The notes under the pieces: model-generated
Seen by the model: the letters and a program-made list of their open reading frames with translations, nothing else
Database searches by the model: none
What the model was told of the DNA's origin: nothing
Assembly: GCA_965231145.1 (NCBI GenBank)
Contig: OZ246420.1
Coordinates: 660,001-692,000, forward strand
Origin: Candidatus Saccharimonadota bacterium
GTDB lineage: Bacteria > Patescibacteriota > Gracilibacteria > Absconditabacterales > Absconditicoccaceae
Reading direction: 5' to 3'
Length of the DNA stretch: 32,000 nucleotides
In this document: piece by piece, positions 26,777 through 32,000 of the stretch
Layout: each line of letters starts with the position of its first letter
How positions within the stretch are numbered: the first letter of the stretch is position 1
Translations under genes and position numbers: made by a program

Positions 26777-29761
26777 CTAAATCTTTGGAAACACATCTAT
26801 AACAAAGTACCTTCTGAGTGCTGCATTAAAAGCATTATAATCCAGTTTTCCGTCTTTCACAACTTTGTCATATGGTATCTGGATATTTTTATACATATCC
26901 TGGTTCACACCGTCGTTATCAAGAGTCAGCTGGATGTATTTCGTTTCAACCTTTGTTGCTGGATCTACTCTTCTTACGATTGCTGCATCTTCGATCTCCA
27001 TACGGTTACTAGATGTGCCAAAATAGTATTCTGAGTTAATAAAAAATGTTCTTAATTTATCAATTTTTGCTTTTAACTTTGCATCTTTCCTATCTTCTTC
27101 TGTAAAGATTCTATTTATTATAATGCTCTTATTGATAAAGTTAGCATCTATAAGCTGCTGATCTGCGTTCTCTTCTGCTGTTTTTTTAGCGAGCTCTGGA
27201 TTTGCTGGTGCTGGCTTTCCTTTGGCTGTATCTGTCTTAGGGGCTGGAACCTTTGGCTTAACGCCTGGAACTGCATTATTCTTTTTTGCTTCTTCAGCCT
27301 TTTTCTTATCAGCTTCTGCCTTCACAGGCGCCATAGCTTTTCTAAGATATGAAAGCATATCATCACTATCTTGTCTGACATCTATAACATAAGAAGAATT
27401 TCCATCATTGCGTTTTATTATCCCATTTGCTTGGTCAAGAAGTATACTTTCTTCTTTCATAGGATATCCTTCTTTTTTCAGCTGAGCCGTAACGCGGGTT
27501 ACTTTATCTACAGTAATTTTATTCATATACTCATTGAGTCTTCAAGCTGTCCAGACTGAATTCTGACTTAGCTTTACTTGATACGGCAGAAGTGCTTCAA
27601 AAGTCTTCTGTGGTATAAATTTCTCTGTAACATCCGCAACATTTTTATTGAGATAGTTCAATAGCGCTTGCTTATTTTTATTATTCTTTTCTCCTTTCAG
27701 TGTTGGAAAGTTAGTATAGTCTGTTACTAAATCCTTAGTCATCCCAAGACTACCCGCTCCTCTTTGCTCTATTTCACCTGTAGAAGAAAGCTCAAAACGC
27801 GTTTCTGTTTTGTCTTCTGGTCTATAGAGATCTTTTATTCTATTGATAAGATTTGCTACTCTTATAGCCTCTCCCTGGTCGGCAAAAGTTATGTTGAGAC
27901 CATCAACTTTCTTTTCTTTCATATCAAGCGCTGTTTCATTTCCATAAGAGGAAAGCTTCACCTTACTCGGATCATTATAATAAAGTATATTCATCTTGAA
28001 AGTTTTCGTATCAATCTTTGTCCCTGCAAATGCCTTATTGATATGATAACCCATGTATTTAGACAACTGCTTATCTATGTCTAAGACAAGGTTTGTCAAT
28101 TTTCCATCGCTCCAAGCGAAACGAACGACGCCAGAAACAACATCGTTATTGAGCGTTGTGACTAATGCGTTTTTATATTTTGCCAATTTTTCATAGTTTT
28201 CCTGAAATTTCTTAGCACCTTCAGGAGTCCCAGTAGGTTCAGCAAATGACATGGTCGTAATTTCTGCTCTCGCGCTTTCAAAAGCTTTCTCTCTTAACAG
28301 AGCGAATCTAGAATTCTCCTTTGGCATATCTGATTGTTCTACATTTATAAGTGTTTTTAACACCTCTTTTTCTATCAGAATACACTTATCAACTACATTA
28401 TACTTTGGATCATTGATATATGACTCAAAAAGGTCAGCAACTTTGTCATACTTTTTATCAAGCGCTGTTACCGGAACATCCGCTTTTGTTTCTGGTGTAG
28501 GCGCGGGAATTGGCGCTGTTTCAGTTGATTTAGAAGTAGTTACTTCTTTCTTTTTACTTGCTTTTGGCTTTGTAGCAAAATTATCAGGATTTGTTCCATC
28601 ATCAGCCCATTCATAATCAGGATCTACGTTAGGCACATTATTGATAATCTTTACATGATGTTTCGCAGGATCTTTCATAAGCTCCTCTTTTGTAACAACT
28701 GGTATCGTAGGAGTTACTTCCTTTGCTTTTTTTGTCGCTTCTTTTTTAGGTGTTGCTGGTTTTTCTGTCTTAGCTGCAGTAGTTTTCTTTACTTCTTTCT
28801 TTGGCTCCTGTTTTGTATCTGTATCTGCCTCCGTATCAGTATCTGTTTCCATAAGCTTCGTCGCATAGTTATCTGTTGCTTTTTCGTCTACCCAGTCGTA
28901 TCCATCTTCAGGTTGTATCTTAAGATGATTAACGTCAGAATCAAAGTCTGCTAGTGCTTCTTCACGCGTTATTTCTGTCTCATTTTCTGCTTCTTCTCCA
29001 ATTTTCTTTACTGCAACATTATCTGGATTTGAAGCATCAACAAACTCATACCCATCTTGTGGCACTAAACGTAAGTGATTTTTCTCCATAGACTCAACAC
29101 TAGCGAGCGCCTCTTCAGCAGAAAGTGTTTTTACTTCATCACTCTCAGCAGCATTCTCTGTTTTATTATTAGTATCTGATTCTGTGGTATTTGTTGCTTT
29201 TACCGCGACAATATTATTTTTATCCCAACTTGTATCATCAAGTGCAGAAATAATCTTCGTAAGTGTCTCTTGTCCTGCCCATCCATCAACAGCGATCTGA
29301 TCATCTGCATGAGCAGTATTCCATGCATTTTGAAATTCTTGTATTCTCTTATTTGTATCTTTACTACCATAGATACCATCTATACCTTGCTCAAATTTAC
29401 ATCCAAGCTTAGCCAATGCAAGCTGCATATTAAATACTAATCCAGCACCCATAGCACTATACACATCCATAAATGCTATATGGTCATCTGGGTTTGCACT
29501 GTTTTTTGCAGCTTCAAACTTACCGACAGCTGACTGCAAAACCATCTTCACGTGTTCTACCGTGAGATCTTTTTCCAGCATAGCTTTCAGAGTCTCGCCC
29601 GAAAGATTGTTCATTACCTCTTTTTTAAGGTCCTGAAGCTCTCCTTTCGTTTCATAGATCTCCTTATAGCTATCCTTGATTTTATTTTCGAGCCAATTGA
29701 TCTCTCCGATTTTCTTCGAGATCTGATTGTCACCGATTTCGTTTTTGATGAGTTCTGCCAT
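26777..29761 (-). CDS. large PG-binding-domain protein with novel ~45-aa repeats (994 aa)
   Basis: Track ORFs 27542..29761 and 26777..27526 share one frame and are joined by the TGA at 27542..27544. Helical N-terminal domain, PG_binding_1-like segment (MQLALAKLG....GIDGIYG..T...IQEFQ......DGWAGQETL), 3 HL-x-P-x-GY-(E/D)-W-x-D...DN-x-A-x-K repeats, then a long unrecognised C-terminal part. An internal restart at 27526 cannot be excluded. Confidence 0.6.
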
Positions 29762-29785
29762 GGTAGTACTCTAAAGATGTATAAA
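29222..29785 (-). repeat. Paralogous block 1 (leader plus N-terminal ~180 codons)
   Basis: About 80% nucleotide identity by eye to 30890..31147 over the first ~230 nt of the CDS plus ~25 nt of 5' leader (..TATACATCT....ACTACCATG). Protein-level similarity continues through the PG-binding segment. Confidence 0.7.
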
Positions 29786-29800
29786 TTTTACATAAACGTA

Positions 29801-31123
29801 TTATGAAATAGTTTTTCTTCTTTGAAGTGACGTTGCATAATTATCTTCACTACTCTTATCTAACCAATCATATCCTCTCTCTGGCTTGATATCTACTGGG
29901 TAATTTCCTTCCTTCAGATATCTCAATACATCTGCATGACTTATCATAGGAGCATCTTCAACCATAGTTCCTGTTTTTCTCACAGCAAGATTATCAGGAT
30001 AGTTCCCAGCCCACTCGTAACCCTCCTGAGGAACAAAACGTAAGTGATTTCTTTCCATCGTTTCTCTATCTTTTATGGCATCATTATAACTCAACGTCAT
30101 GCCTTCAAGTGGTTCTTCTGGTCCATACACATTTTGTGCAGGCATTGGCTTCTCTTCTACTACTGGGAAATCACCTTCTACTGCTTTGATTTTACTCTTT
30201 CCATCAGCAGATGTTATGGTTCCACTATTATTCTCATCTTCTACATCCGTATTATTTTCTGGCTGAGCTCATCCTTCGCGCAACTTCGTTGCGTAATTTT
30301 CACTATCCTGCCCATCTGCCCATTCGTAATTTTTTACAGGCTTAAGACCAAGATGGTATTTATCCATATTTGGATCTTTAAAGAAATCTTCATAACTCAT
30401 AAAAGGCGTATTCATAAGTCTCTTTCCTTTTACCTTCATAGCAATATTTGCCGGATCTGTAGGATCCACAAACTCATACCCATCTTGTGGCATAAACTCG
30501 AGATGATTATCTATCATCGCTTGTCTATCTTTAATAGCCTCTTGTGCTGTGACTTTAGGCACTTCTGTTACGACATTCTCTCCTTCTTGTCTTTCTACTT
30601 TTCTCCCACTCATGCGAGATACATCCCACTTTGGATCATCAAGTGCAGCTACAATTCTGACGAGAGTAGCTTCTACGTCTGATGTGTCGATAATAGTATC
30701 TTCAGGATGAGTAGTGTTCCATACTTTCTGAAATTCTTGTACTCTTTTTCCTGTATCTGATGTACCATACATACCATCGATACCCTTATCAAAGTGACCT
30801 CCAAGCTTAGCAAGAGCGAGCTGCATGTTGAATGTAATACCCGCATCTAGATTACTATAGGTAGCTTGCTTTATAGATGGATCATCAATTCCTGCCTTAA
30901 GGACATTTTTTACATGATCAACCGTAAGCTCTTTTTCAAGAAGCTCTTTCAACGTCTTACCCGAAAGATTATTCTTTATTTCCTTTTGCAGATCCTGCAA
31001 TTCTCCTTTCGTCTCATAGATTTCCTTATAACTATCTTTAATTTTACTTTCGAGTGAATTGATATCTCCGATTTTTGTAGAGATCGTGTTATCACCGATT
31101 TCATTTTTGATAAGTTCAGTCAT
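29801..31123 (-). CDS. paralogous PG-binding-domain protein with 4 copies of the same repeat (440 aa)
   Basis: Track ORFs 30269..31123 and 29801..30145 are joined in frame by the TGA at 30269..30271. The first ~170 aa are paralogous to the 994-aa protein. TAA stop at 29801. Confidence 0.6.
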
Positions 31124-31147
31124 GGTAGTGATATAAGATGTATAAAG
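30623..31147 (-). repeat. Paralogous block 2 (leader plus N-terminal ~167 codons)
   Basis: Counterpart of 29222..29785. Confidence 0.7.
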
Positions 31148-31150
31148 TGG

Positions 31151-31894
31151 TTATGCGTTTGCTCAGGGATAGAGTTCAAACTTTCTCTGAAATGCTTTCT
31201 GTCTTTTTTCTAAGTTATTTGCTACGGCATCGACTCCATCTTGCAAAGATGCATATTTCCTTGTACTTCCGTCGTCGGTATTACCGACATTTCCAGGATT
31301 ATTGGTTCGTACGGCTTTACCCTTCGTGGCCATCGAGCTATCAAGTGCAATAATGGCAGCAACAGCATATGGATCCACATTATGTTTCTTTGCGGCGGTT
31401 TCTATCATCTGAGTATTAAGTGGCGTGCCTTTAAATCATTTGATGAACTTATTGAGTCATTTTTGTTTCGCAGTTTCATGGATTCATTTTACTTTTGTTC
31501 CATATTTGTCTCATGTAGAGTACGCTCATACAAAGAACTTCTTTCACTGGAAGTGTCATGAATAAAGAACTTGCAGATAGTCAGAGCTGTTTGCTATTCC
31601 CTGTGGATAGAGATACTCATACTTATAGGGTCATCTGTAAGCAGGCTGCGGTGGTGTTTCTATTTTTGGAGCAGCTTTTGCTGCCTGCTTCTCCGGCCCG
31701 CCAGATCAAAAAAATGATTTGAATGCGTTTCCCAGTATATTTGTAAAGTTGGTCACAGTTGCTTTTATCTGATCAATAAATTGCTGCAGTGAATTAAGCT
31801 CACCACGGCTGCCTTTGAGTACTTTGTCTATTTCCTGTTGTTTCTGTTCTTCTTTTGAAAGAGGCTGTTTCTCAGGAGAGTTTTTTGGAGCCAT
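31151..31894 (-). CDS. hypothetical protein with C-terminal lysozyme/lytic-transglycosylase-like segment
   Basis: Eleven in-frame TGA codons join 31706..31894 and 31163..31408 into 247 aa. The C-terminal block HNVDPYAVAAIIALDS....G......NNPGNVG......Y.S...G resembles SLT-like murein hydrolases, but with DS where those have ES. This is recalled from memory of the family and is weak. Confidence 0.35.
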
Positions 31895-32000
31895 ACAACA
31901 CCATGCACAAAATAAAGTATCTCCAGTATATGGGCTGTTTACCTCAGGAGCAAAAATCTTCGGGCATGTATCATTATAGAAGAGATATTATATTTGACAT

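Noticed and set aside
26777-31894. The lysozyme-like/PG-binding operon as part of a prophage lysis or tail module.
   Set aside because: No capsid, terminase, portal, integrase or recognisable tail genes lie in the visible flanks; prmC and uvrC are adjacent. The window ends at 32000, however, so upstream context is unknown. I kept it as a finding rather than calling it a prophage.

Overview
AT-rich (~35% GC), gene-dense bacterial window, mostly minus-strand. The standard-code ORF track is misleading. Nearly every recognisable gene is cut at TGA. Reading TGA as Gly (translation table 25) fuses the fragments in frame into full-length proteins. This table is used by Gracilibacteria and Absconditabacteria (Patescibacteria/CPR). 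CGA and CGG also sit where protein families have invariant Trp, so they seem to be reassigned Arg->Trp as well. All CDS coordinates below are my own re-stitching under that code, and they include the TAA/TAG stop.

Contents, left to right:
- A 9-tRNA cluster with rpsT embedded, then a 2Fe-2S ferredoxin and an S41 peptidase.
- Two diverged, inverted copies of an unclassified ~210-nt structured-RNA-like element. They bracket two type IV pilin genes, a P-loop kinase, a CYTH protein and a WG-repeat protein.
- A VTC-domain protein, typA, a CaCA antiporter and tag.
- Small membrane, SIMPL and SRPBCC proteins, and a RelE/Phd toxin-antitoxin pair.
- sufB, a GIY-YIG/DUF4357 nuclease, a 2H-phosphoesterase-like protein, a holin-like protein and an alkyltransferase-like protein.
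- A uvrC with odd inserts, then prmC.
- A three-gene operon: a lysozyme-like protein plus two paralogous peptidoglycan-binding proteins that carry an unrecognised ~45-aa repeat.

Intergenic spacers are built from degenerate heptanucleotide tandem arrays. No rRNA, CRISPR array, transposase or integrase was seen.
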